Under the pieces are notes generated by a model, which was not told the DNA's origin, did not search any database, and saw only the letters and a list, made by a program, of their open reading frames with translations. Made by a program: the position numbers and the translations under genes. Below, in pieces: positions 14,375 to 25,703 of a DNA stretch of 64,000 nt. Positions within the stretch are counted from its first letter, which is position 1, and every line of letters begins with the position of its first letter. The DNA comes from Xylographa opegraphella (lineage: Eukaryota), in assembly GCA_022813865.1 (NCBI GenBank), contig JALDZX010000014.1, forward strand, positions 62,001-126,000, read 5' to 3'.

Positions 14375-14686
14375 CAATAGATCTTCGGAACGGAGGTCAG
14401 TATGGATTGCATAAATGTAATGAATAGGATATGAGGGGATACGGACAGATTGTGTGAGAGGAGAAGTTGATCTCCTCCAACGATTCCGTCACTCGGAGAA
14501 GAGGCAGAGATGGTCTGTGCAACTCGGTGGCCAATGTCGGTGCGGTGATTGCAGGTATTCGAACCTCCAATAGATCTTCAAAACGGAGGTCAGTATGGAT
14601 TAGATCAATGTAATGAGTGTGATATGAGAGATACGGACAGATTGCATGAGAGGAGAGATTAATCTCCTCCAACGATACTGTCACTC
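14375..14686. repeat. Two diverged direct copies of a ~120 bp unit, period ~193 bp
   Basis: CAATAGATCTTC..AACGGAGGTCAGTATGGATT...GATACGGACAGATTG...ATCTCCTCCAACGAT..GTCACTC occurs at 14375-14494 and 14568-14686. Confidence 0.9.
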
Positions 14687-17197
14687 AGACAGTCCTGATC
14701 GGTCAATCGATCAAGAGTAGGACACGCTGGCATGAAATGTTGCCAGCGCCTTCAAGCTCGTGGGCGAATGATCTCCAAATCTATAAATCAGATTCAGTCA
14801 GCCATTATCTAACACAAGAATCTATAATATCATAACTTTTGTAAGAAAGATACCGTAAACAAAATTCATTTCACGATGAGCAAAAGAGCATTTCCTGAGT
14901 ATCTCGATGCAGAGGGATTTAGAGTTGTGAGCCTGAACACCGATAACAGGGTTACTCCAGTCAGAGCGCAGTGTTCCAATCATATCGCCGTAAAGATACT
15001 ATACTCGTCCATGCTGTAGAGTTTAGACCACCCACAAAACATTGCCATCACTCCTGTGCCGGCGTAAAGGAAATAAGAAGGCTCGCAGGCCGACTTACTT
15101 GACGTGATTAAACAATGCAGAAAACTCTCACACAGCAGTAGCTGACGATCAAGACGAGATTGAGTGAGAATAGTAGCAAACTAGCACCTTGATTTGAGGT
15201 CTATGACCGTAGGAAAGCTTTGGAAATGGGTAGACAATACTATTGAATGCTGTTTGAACTCAGAATGAGGTAGGAGGGAGTGCGCTTTCCTTGATAAAGA
15301 GTAAAAACAAGGTTGGGTTTGTGCGAAAGGAAGAGGGAGAACAGGAAGAAGAGGAGAAATCAAAAAGATCAACTTACTCCACTAGCTCGAAGAGCAGACC
15401 AGATCAATCACGAGTGCGGCTGAAACTGCCTTGCCCTGGCCAAATTCACAATTGCCTGTGGCCCTAGGATTTCTCAGGGGAACCAGCCGGACGACGGTGC
15501 CTAGTGGTAGGGGCCGCAGGTGGGTCATCCCGTCGTGACGACGCTGCGTTACTTCGCCGTATCTTGACAACCACTTCTTTGTCCAACGTCCAGCCACAAG
15601 GCAAACAATCTGGCACTGCATAGTCTGCATGACCATTAAAGAGGCGACAGCGATCAAACCTTCTTCGGGACCAAAGCAAGAAAACCATATCATATATACA
15701 GCAAAGGCAGTTGCTGCTTGTTTCCATGGCGCATGAAATAGACAAGCCCACAGTAAGAGCTGGGCATGAGTGAGGAGCATTGGCCATCAGATATCCACGA
15801 TATCCCTGAGACCGGACGTCCATGGAAGTTATATTGCGCTTATCGTCGCTAAAAGCCAATACCGCGGCAGGGCACGGTCCACCACACGCACGGACCTCTT
15901 CAGGGTTTCACAGCCTAGTTGACCGAAATAGGAAGATGAGAAGATATCGATCGTCCTGAGGCATCAGACGGTCTTGATCCACGTTCTATGTTCATCTCGA
16001 GTCTACGTGCTGAGCCTTCGGCTGCCTGTTTGTTGAGCTTTGATGATGCAAGTTGCGTTAAGAGTAAAAAGTGTGTACGCCGTCCATGTATGGCCCCCAA
16101 GATTTATAAACAACCATACAAGGTCTTTACGGCTGCAGAAATATTATTGATAGAAGTATACATGACGAAGAGTATGATCAGGTCTGTAAAGGTATTAAGT
16201 ATGGAGGTTGAGTATTGATTGTGGTTGACACGAAGAGAGGTGTGTCATGGGTGAACTCAGCGCCTCACGGGACTGGAGTGTAATATTATCCACAGACAAA
16301 CGAGGCATCCCTAGAACAACCGTTAGCCATAGCGATATGTATGGAGGAAGATACTTACGAATCGAGCATGCTTTGAAGAATCGAGGTTGACTCGAGAATG
16401 TTGGTGAGAAGAAGCCTCGAGATGAAAGGATGCTCCACGTCGGCAGTTGGTTCAAGCAAACGACTTCAAGCTAGCCGTTGCTGGCTAGGAATAGTATAGG
16501 ACGTGGGTCCGTCAGCTGTTCTATGTCATGGCCGTTGTTACGGGGCAGCAGAGGTGAATATTACCACAGACCGAGTGTGATGAATGAAAGTCCCGGAGGA
16601 GTGCATGTGGCCTGGCTAGGGCCCGGTACAAGGAGTCGAAGGCTGTGCCTCGGAAGCGATTGTCAAGCAAACGCCTTCAGTAACTGGTCAAAGCCTTCTA
16701 TGAATGATATTAGGGTCAGAAGCATGGGTATCATGTTACCAGTGCCGGCTACGTCTTGAACGGGGTGAATGCTAAGGCGAGGAGTGTGATAAGAGCCAAT
16801 TCGGGGCCTCTTCGTGGCAACGGGGGTGTCTGATTACCTTAGTCTCCTGTTTCTGCGATCGATCGAATGGTCGTGGAATTCGTTAGCCAATTATTTTCTT
16901 TGGTCAGACCGTTCTCTGATCTCTCAGCTTACCAGTGCAATATAGTATCAAAACAAGAACACAACTTGGAACGGCTGTAGCTCGAGCTGGTAATGTCAAC
17001 GGCAAGATTCGAGGGGGGCCGAAAGTTTCTACGGAGTGCCCACAACCGATCCGGTCTTCACACTCTGCAGGCCTGACGCTTATGACAATCGTGAATAGAG
17101 ACTAGGCTATTAGACCTGGAACAATCCACCGACCGCTTGCATTGTTCCAAACAAGGCTTCTATTCCCGTACCCCTTATTCGAGTACGTTCATGTTTC

Positions 17198-17712
17198 GTG
17201 GAATATGCCAATCCTGGTGCTCAACATGAAGTCGAATCGCACCGCGTGATCATTACCAGTGCCGAGGACGTATTTTGTGAGCACTCTTCCCAGTCGTATC
17301 GAATCCCATGGCTACATTCACCAATCACACTGTTCTTGTCGAAGCTTCGATCACTAGCCATGACCCACTCTATCCCGACCACGTTTGCCAAATCCTCTTC
17401 ACTCCCAGAACTTGCCGAACTTCCTCAATTCATAGAAGAGCTTCTAGACTCTCCTGGAATCACGACAAGGCACTACTTAGCAGCAAGAGACCCCCAAAGC
17501 AATACTGTGACTGTCTTCTCTTTCTTGAACGCAGCAATGGGGTTGGACGAGCTCTTCAAGAGTATACATCTGCCTAGACGATCTTTGCTCCCCTGATACC
17601 CTGTTTTAGATGTCTCTTTTGGCATAGGTTATCCGATGAAAGCTGGGCTACAAGATCTCATGAACAATGTGATTCGGCGGATCTTCTTTTCAGCTGCTGA
17701 CAGTGGTATTTA
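17198..17712 (+). pseudogene. Possible degraded coding relic of unknown family
   Basis: A 132-codon ORF with a GTG start. The frame stays open and protein-like (YPVLDVSFGIGYPMKAGLQDLMNNVIRRIFF) for ~38 codons after the TGA at 17594-17596. Confidence 0.25.
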
Positions 17713-18028
17713 GGACTATACACACTATTTAACAAGCCTTATATATTCCCGCTGGCCCTTTTCCTTCATTCTACGTCTCATAACCTTGTCGAGACACAGC
17801 ATTTCACAGAGACGACGAAGTGCTGCTTAGAGTACCGATCCCCTTCATTCAACAGCCACCTCCACCAGCAAGATCAACGGTTCACAGAAAAAGCAAAGCT
17901 CTGGTGAGCCATGGCCTGGCCCACTAGATCTCAGGATAATCACATTAGGGGTCGACTCTGCACTTGATTTCGACCTTCAGAGGTTATTCTGGTATCGGGT
18001 AAGTACCTCGAATCCAGGATGAACAATC

Positions 18029-18765
18029 TTGAGGTCGGGTGGGCCTTGTCCTCGCCCATACGAACTTATTCTAAGTGATTCGAGGGAACTCTGGGCCTGC
18101 CTTCGACATTCAAAGGCTCTCTCGGGTCCTGAGTCCGAGATTCCATGCTCGCTTCTTTGCAGAACAAGATGTCAGAATCTAATTTCGACTGGGCTGGGCG
18201 CTCGTGCAGCAGAGGAGCGTCTGATCCACCACACTCAATTTCACCATGCCTAGCATACGGACTGGGAATGAACGGCATCGGACACGACTCTTGACCCAAC
18301 TCTCGAAATGCAAAAACACATTCCGGTGTCGGGTCAGCATGTCTCTCAACAAACGACCTGCGAAAGCACTCGTTATTTGGCCCTGGTTCGGCACCAGACT
18401 TCTCAATAACTTCACGGATGAATTGGCGAAATACAACTTAAAGGTCGGGTGGGATTTTCGCAGGCTCATCTGGCCTCAAACTTAAGACTTAGGGGAACTT
18501 TCTTTCCACCTTACTCACAACGGTTCATTTGTGACGCTTTGTCGATCAGACCACGACGATCATTTGAGGTCGGGTCGGTCTTGGTCTCGGTATGGCTCAC
18601 CCGACTTCGATACTAAACGACTTTAGGGGGCTTCCTTGCCATTCTTAATCCCCTAGGATTCGTTTTTCAAGATTAAGTTGTTTCAATCATATCAAAAGCC
18701 TTGGGGGACGGGTGGGCCTTCGGTTTCGGCCTAGCTCATGCGATCTCATGCCGAACGATGTAGGT
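18029..18765. repeat. Degenerate array with a period of ~125-140 bp
   Basis: A TT(G/A)AGGTCGGGT(G/C)GG-like motif recurs at 18029, 18438, 18563 and 18701; the last three copies also share GCTCA...TAGG downstream. Confidence 0.6.
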
Positions 18766-19332
18766 GGACCGACTGTCTATCCCAAATCCTAGGGATTTTC
18801 CTTCTCCACACTCGCGACTTGTTCACTGGTTCAGCAACTCACAAACATCGCGGCGTCGTCAGCAACGGCACACGTCGCTGCTGGTTCAGCGGCATGTAAC
18901 ATCAATGCCAGGTCAGCGACCACATAACATCACTGCCAATTATGAGTTGGCGGCGCCTTCTTGACCATCTTAGAGGACTCCGGTCCGAGACCCCATCACC
19001 CTCCAAAAGTCAACCCTTGTCCAGCTTGCTGAGCTCGCAGAGTCTGGCAACACTACGAGACCTTGGTGTGCTGATCAGGGGGATGGTCATCTCATTGAGC
19101 AGCGACCCTTTACGCCCCATTATAACGTGAATCTTATGTTACCACCCCTTTATATTATGAACTATATATTACGCTCCTTTATACTATGATTTATATAGTA
19201 TGATCTTTTGTATTATGCATTATGTACCCTTTTCCGTCCGCAATTCCTTGTATAACCAACCTTCTAGCAGAGGTGCGTTAACTCTCCCGTCTGTAATACC
19301 TTAGCACAGAAAACAGCTGCAGCGCACTCAAA

Positions 19333-19808
19333 CCTTGATGTTAAGACAATCAAGCCCCTGGGCGTTGAGGCTGGAGGATCCCACCAGTCAGCGAGCTTCT
19401 CGTTTCTTTTATTGCTTGCCTTTCGATTTTCTTATTTTATACTATTTCTTTACCGTAAACTTTCGCGTGTTCCTGATATCGGGATTGCAAAACAACTCCT
19501 ATTAAAGCATTCGCCGCCTAGGCGATTGCCTTATCCCACTATGGCCATGATGTGAACACCATCAAGCCGGGCATCAGGGCTGGAAGATATCATCAATCCC
19601 CCAGCTTCTCGTTCTCCTCATTGCTTGCCTCGCGGCTCCTTCTTCTTACATTATCTCTTTCCTGTGAACTTTCCCTGTTCCTGATATCGGGATTGCATAA
19701 CAACTCCCATCAAAGCATTTACCACCCAGGCGACTGCTTTATCGCACTCTGGCCTTGATGTAAACACTATCTGGCCGGGCTTTGGGGCTGGCAAAATTCA
19801 CCAGTCCC
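19333..19808. repeat. About 2.3 tandem copies of a ~210 bp unit
   Basis: CC(T/A)TGATGT..ACA..ATC recurs at ~19333, ~19545 and ~19753. The core AGCTTCTCGTT...TGTTCCTGATATCGGGATTGCA.AACAACTCC is present twice. Confidence 0.9.
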
Positions 19809-19870
19809 CTTCTCACATCTTCCTCCCACTCCCTCGCTTTCACCCCCTATCTCCACTAGGAGCCCTGTTC

Positions 19871-20271
19871 ACTTCGTCACTGTCCCAGTTAATCCGATTT
19901 GCCCTTGATATGTACTCAACTCAAATCAGCTATAGTTAGATATCTCTCCAGAGTCAAACCTCGGACTTCGCCAACACAAAATTTCTATCTATATATATGA
20001 TACTCACATTTCCTTTCCCTCCCTTTTCCACAACTCGGGTCACAGCTCTCTTCGCCCTTCAGACCTTTCGACTTCTTCACTGTCCCAGTTAATCCGGTTT
20101 GCCCTCGACATGTACTCAATTCAAATCAGCTATAGTTAAATATCTCTCCAGAGTCAAATCACAGAGTTTGCCAATACGAAATTTCTATCTATATATACAT
20201 GATACTCACATTCCTTTCCCTCTTTTTTCCACAACTCGGGTCACAGCTCTCTTCGCCCTTCAGACCTTTCG
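19871..20271. repeat. Tandem duplication of a 200 bp unit, high identity
   Basis: ACTTC.TCACTGTCCCAGTTAATCCG...CACAGCTCTCTTCGCCCTTCAGACCTTTCG at 19871-20070 and 20071-20271. Confidence 0.95.
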
Positions 20272-20394
20272 AGCAGCTCACGCTCGCGCTCGTCGATCGC
20301 CACGACATCTTGGCGTCCGGCAAGTATCGAGCGATTCATCAATGGTGGGCGCTCCGCGCTCAATACTCAGCGTGCCGAGTTATTTGGCGCAACT

Positions 20395-20710
20395 GTATTG
20401 TACAGGCTTCCAGCATGGGAGTCCTCGCACCGCAGTCTCAGACCGGGTGGTGATATGGATGTTTTCATTGCGGGATTGCAAGTGACGGAAGGGGAATGTG
20501 ACCGTTGGTCCTGTGTCTGCGGCGTGGCTGTCCGTCTTTTTGGCGAAAGTTCGTCGAGTTCCGGTCGATTGCATGTGTTGTACAGTCTCCCGGCATGAGA
20601 GGCCTAGAATATGGATGGGTCCGCGTTGGGATTGTCAGTGACGGAAGGAGAGTGTGACCGTGGTCCTGGTTTAGCGGCGTGGCTGTATGCTTTTCGACGA
20701 AATTTCGGGT
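20395..20710. repeat. Two diverged copies of a ~135-160 bp unit
   Basis: TTGTACAG..GCATG...ATATGGATG...GGGATTG..AGTGACGGAAGG...TGTGACCGT.GGTCCTG...GCGGCGTGGCTGT at ~20395 and ~20575. Confidence 0.85.
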
Positions 20711-20714
20711 CCCG

Positions 20715-21165
20715 CTAACCTCGGGGCTCGGACTGGTATCGATTCGATACCAGTGGAGATTGTTGTCGTCAAGCCAGTTTTTGGGGGCTTGTTACATGCA
20801 AAAAGATGGCATATGCAAGCACCAGGGACCAACCTGGAGGCTCGGCCTGGTATCGAAATAGATACCAGTGGAGGTTGTTGTCGTCAAGCCAAATTTTGGG
20901 GGGTTGTTAGACCCAGAAAGATGAAGAAGATCGAGCTACCATAGGTTCTAGTGATCGAAAGGCTCGAAGTGGTTTCAGTTATATACCAGTGGAAATCGTT
21001 GCCGTCAAGCCAGTTTTGGGGGGTTATTATACGCAGATGGATTGAGAAGATGGACTGTTATGAGTCCTGGTAACCTGGGGGCTCGGCGTGCTATCGGTTA
21101 GACACCGGTGGAGGTTCTTTTCGTCAAGCCAATTTTTGGGGGTTGTGACACGCAAAAGGATGTTG
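20715..21165. repeat. Four tandem copies of a ~115-120 bp unit with an internal inverted repeat
   Basis: GGCTCG..TGGTATCG...GATACCAGTGGA..TTGTTGTCGTCAAGCCA.TTTTGGGGG.TTGTTA at ~20715, ~20828, ~20951 and ~21070. Confidence 0.92.
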
Positions 21166-21448
21166 GAAAGTTTGAGGATTGGCAGCAGAGAGGATGGATG
21201 TGCGGGCTAAGTCGGTGGTGCTCATAGGGGGAGCCGGGTGATGAGATTTGTTAATGTCTCGTGTGTTCTCGGCGGGCTGTGTCACAATGATATATCGATA
21301 GTGGCAATCCGTGGTTCGGTTACAGACTACGACTCATCATATGTAGGGTACCTTGAAATTTATGAACCTCATTGATCCTATTGCTCCCATGATCGATTAC
21401 TGCCTGCTTAAAGGCAGCACATAAGACAATGATGATACTACCTTAGAA

Positions 21449-23553
21449 CTACCCACAAGTCTGAACTCCTCCTTCATCTGCTCGACTGATTAGCAGGCTC
21501 TTCTTTCACATACATCGCAGCTTCACTTACTGCGAATGATCTTCAACACCGCCTGCACGAGACTAATGCCCATAACAGTAATGCCAAACGTCACGCAGAC
21601 CGCAGCCGGAATCGTTTTCCAACTCCGCGTGCTAAGCTTGATATAGCACAGCGGCGGCAATATGTAGGCCAGCGCGCACGCGCTTGTGGCGCCTATAAGC
21701 TCGAAGACGGCGCCAAGATCGCAAGTCAGTAAGGAGAGGGTCATCGCGCTTACTACCAAAGACGTGCTGAAGATAAGGTGGCGGTTGGGGTTCCAGGGCT
21801 CGTCGGGGAACCAGTAGTTGGTCATGACTTCACGACAGACAAAGGCTTCGAGGGGGAGAGTAGTGAGCATATTGAGGCCGAAGCAACTAATTGCATTCCA
21901 GTTAGCGGGTAAGGGAAGATTGGGGAAATGGGGAGGCGTACAAGCGTGCTATGTTAACCATGATATTGTCGTTGGGGAAGTTGTTGAGTACATTGCCCAT
22001 GGTCTTGTCGCCGAATGTGAGGAAGCCGGCGAGGGCCATGGTCAGGCATGCGACCATCGAGATGAACGTCGAGTAATGGGTGACGCGGGCGAAGCGGTCC
22101 ATGGTAGGCTTCTTGAGGGAGCCGTAAATTAGGAGGCTGTTGTGGTCTGATAGTTGCTTTAGTACCTGTCTATGCTTGAGAACTGGCATACTCACGACAG
22201 ACAAACGCTAGGGACAGTAAGTAATTTGATTGAACAAAGTGAACTGGTGTCCCATACCAAATGAAATGACGCCAATGGCCTGAAAAATCCCGTCTCTTAT
22301 GAACAATGAGCCCATAAGATTGCCTTTCAACTCCGATGAAACCCGAACTCCTTGCGTGACGACAGTCACTATGATTACAAGCATACTTATCAACGCCAGT
22401 GTAGATGCTTTCGCTAACTAAATTCTGTTAATCTTGGTTCTAAGGAATCTGCAAGAGGGGAATAACTAACTTTCGCAATGTCACGATAAAGAGAAAGAGG
22501 GAAGGAAATGCCCAGCACAAACAACACAATAATAGCACGTCTGTCGGAGAGCAGCCAAAGAACAGGTGTAGTAGGAAGAGAAGGGAATACAGCCGTCAAG
22601 ACGTGTGGTATCGAATCGCCCACAATGATACAAAATGCGACCATACCGCCGAATGCACTATCAGAATGAGGATTAACATGACAAACACTTGTGATATCAA
22701 GGCTCGACTTACAAAGCCCATTGTGCTATCGATATAGCGATGAGACCCGACTTGCCAAAGCAGTGCTCCATCGTGGCCTGGAAGGAATTGGCACCACTGA
22801 GTTTGGAATTGACCACAATCAACCGTATGGTCCAATCCACCTATCTCATATCAGCCGTAGGCTACCCAGCATATTCTTTTAGAAGCATACCGTAATCGTC
22901 AAAGCAACAAGCAGAAGGATCCCCGTCGTAAGCCCGGCCTGACGAAATGCATACGGCTGTCCAATGATCCCAGCGCCGATAATGCTATTCGCCATGTTCA
23001 TGAAAGCACTCCGCATCCCACTCTTCGCACGCCCCCTCCCCTCCACCAGCTCTTCCACATCAAGTCCTTCCCCCTCAGTCGCCTGCGTCACGCTCGGTGC
23101 CTCAATATCAGTCAGCAAGGGTGCCCTTTGCCCCGTACTGCTTCTCCTTCCTCCATTCCCACTCAGCATATAGTCCTCCTCTTCCACCTCACCCCAATCA
23201 TAGCTTCGAGAATTACCATTGGCATGCCCATTGGCCAAATGCCCATTGGCCAAATGCCCATTCTGCCTCAGATGCCTATTGGCCGCCATCTCCGCGCTCC
23301 GCCGCTCTTCAATGTCAAAGCGCACGCGATTAGCTGTGCGCGGTGTACGTGGAGGGCCATTGCCAATTGCAGGCGCAAGGGATGATTGGCGCCGTGGGGG
23401 ATGTGGTTTGGTGTGTTCTGGTGGGGGACTGGGAGGGATTATATCCGCACTGTCGTCGTTTGCGGCGGCTGTGAGGAGAGAGTGCGCTTCTTCGGGAGAT
23501 GCGCTGCCATTAGAGGCACGTTTTGGAACATGGAGATTGGTATCTTGGGGCAT
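21449..23553 (-). CDS. Vacuolar amino acid transporter, Aa_trans/SLC38 family (AVT2-like), multi-exon
   Basis: SAFMNMANSIIGAGIIGQPYAF; MVAFCIIVGDSIPHV; PLSLYRDIAK; FLTFGDKTMGNVLNNFP; TTLPLEAFVCREV. The final exon reads NEGGVQTCG*. Confidence 0.9.
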
Positions 23554-23925
23554 AGCGTCATCGCAGCAACATCGTGTGAAGGTTTGAAGCGTGCAAGATC
23601 AGAAGGATTGAAATCTTACGACGTGGTAGGATGAGTTCGCTTACGTGAACTTTTTCTTTGTTGGTCAACTACGAGCTGCGCCACGCACTGAATTTGGTCG
23701 TGGATTGCTTCATGCAATTGACGTTTCATTTCAGGTATTTCAGAAACAAATATGCAAGTCTCAGAATTGGGTGTTATTAATTTGCTACTCTAGTATTCTG
23801 AGAAACACCACAAATATCGCCATCGCTATGCAATTGGGTATCCCGGTATGAATTGAACTTTGAATAGATGACCTGTCGCAACGTATGCTGCCAAGCGCAG
23901 ACAAAGAGATATGCTTTGATTGCAG

Positions 23926-25703
23926 CTAGATTGTGACAATACAAGGAATCATGAGGAGTAGGCCCCACAACGTTGGTATAGTCGCTGTGCCAGCCGCTCC
24001 CAGCACGACGATCGAGGAACCAGGGGTTCCTGTTGCGGAGCCATGTGCAGTACCCGCCGAGGTTGATCCTGAAACCCCTGTTTGCGTAGAAGAACCAGAA
24101 GGAAGACTAATCGCCGAAGCCGATGATTTTGCAGCCGGCAAAGCTGGAGAATCCGGAAGTTCAGTAGATGTACCTGAAGAAGCCGGGCTTAGAGACGAAG
24201 GTGAAACATTTGACGACTGTGGTCCAACGGATACAATCGTGGAAGCAGAAGAAGTTGAAACAGTTGCTCCGCTAGATGACGACCCGGTTGAGGCAGCTTG
24301 ACTAGTGCCAAATCCTAGATTTTCTTAGCATTCCTATCTCGAATCATTCAAAATAATCCATTCTCACCTATCCGCGATTTGTCACTGTCGAAGACCGAGT
24401 AGACATTCTTCAAAAAGACATCCCCAAGGAGGAACTGAGTGGGACCTTCGACCTGGACTCCAAAAATGGTGCTTGCACAAAGATTCCCTCCTGTTACTGG
24501 ACTACCAACATAATCTTCTGGTGAGATACTGAAGGGTACCTTGGCGAAGACCATTTGAATTGAGATAGTCGTAGCACAAGGAATGTGGAAAGTCTCACTA
24601 TCCATTTGAACCGACCCAGATATTTGTGCGAAGAACTGCTTGGCTTGAGCTGGTGGCATGAACAATTGTGAAGTGCCAGTATCGATTATTGCAGTGTTGC
24701 CAGTAATTTTACAGGCAACGCCGTCAACAAGCACGTCGTCGATTGGGATCTCCCAAAGTTGGTCATTGGCGGTGTCCACATATGTGAGCTCGCCTTCGAA
24801 TTTGGAAGTGTCAACAGTTCCGAAATTAACTTCCCCATCCGTGGTTCCGTCAGCATGTCGCTGTAAGTTGATCCCGAATATGTTCGCTGGCAGTAGTTTT
24901 GCATTGCCTAGGGCTTGTAGGAAAGTTGGTCCACCTAGATTGCATGGACCGGGTCGACCAAGGGCAAGAATTCCGTCCATTGGATAATTGTCGAAATGGT
25001 CAGACACTTCACTTCCAGATCCGAAGGTTAAGGGTACCTTCATTCCCGCAAATTCCACGGTATCTGAGACAACCATACCGCTGACGTTGCCCGTACCGTA
25101 TGTTTCACTGAACGATGTCTCGGATGTCTTTAGTGTTGCCGAGTTCTCCTGTCCAAACGTAGTGTGAGTTCCACAAGCAGTGCTCTTGCAATCAGATCCC
25201 ATGACCCATGTATCAGAAGACCCGGTGTCCAGCAGCATGTAGAGCATCGCGCCACTGGAGCCAAACTGCACTGCTGAGAAGTAAGAGAAATCTAGCAAAT
25301 CCTCATCTATTGCAGCACTTTGTGTCTGACTCGGAGTGGACCCAGTCGCGATTGGGTAGTTTTCTGCTCGTTTGACTCGGGTCCCCGGCTCCGGTTGGTC
25401 GAGTAGATTGATGCTCGCCTCATGCTACACGTAAGTTAATTTTGAAACTACATGATAATCAACTTAACTTACCGGAACAGATCGTCGTATTGTCGCGCGT
25501 TTCTTGATGGCAAATTTTGGAGACGTGACAAGAGGGTTTTGGGCGGAATTAGGTCCATTGAATTTGAACCCTTCCAAGATAAGGTCGCCAACCGTTGGTG
25601 CTGAGATTTGCTCGACAGGTTGGTTGGATGGCTCGTAAATGTAGAAGGCGTCAGTTGATAGAAGAAGGAGGAAAGCAACTGCAATCACACGCATGCTGGC
25701 CAT
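23926..25703 (-). CDS. Secreted, probably GPI-anchored pepsin-like (A1) aspartic endopeptidase (CtsD/yapsin-like)
   Basis: Signal peptide MASMRVIAVAFLLLLSTDA; two catalytic motifs, LLDTGSSDTWV and AIIDTGTS; LLGDVFLKNVYSVFD; a Ser/Thr-rich tail with a hydrophobic C-terminus. Confidence 0.92.

Noticed and set aside
15382..15859. Two overlapping ~130-aa minus-strand ORFs, one hydrophobic
   Set aside because: No recognisable motif or clear splice structure, so neither can be supported as a gene.
20715..21165. CRISPR-like reading of the hairpin-bearing four-unit array
   Set aside because: The context is eukaryotic with no cas genes. The repeats are long and degenerate, and the variable parts are mutually homologous rather than unique spacers.
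14300..21300. Centromere or intact transposon as an explanation for the gene-poor tract
   Set aside because: It is not strongly AT-rich. I found no transposase, RT or integrase motifs, terminal repeats or target-site duplications by eye.
23216..23265. 15-bp tandem repeat encoding NGHLA-NGHLA-NGHAN
   Set aside because: An ordinary in-frame microrepeat in the transporter's disordered N-terminus.
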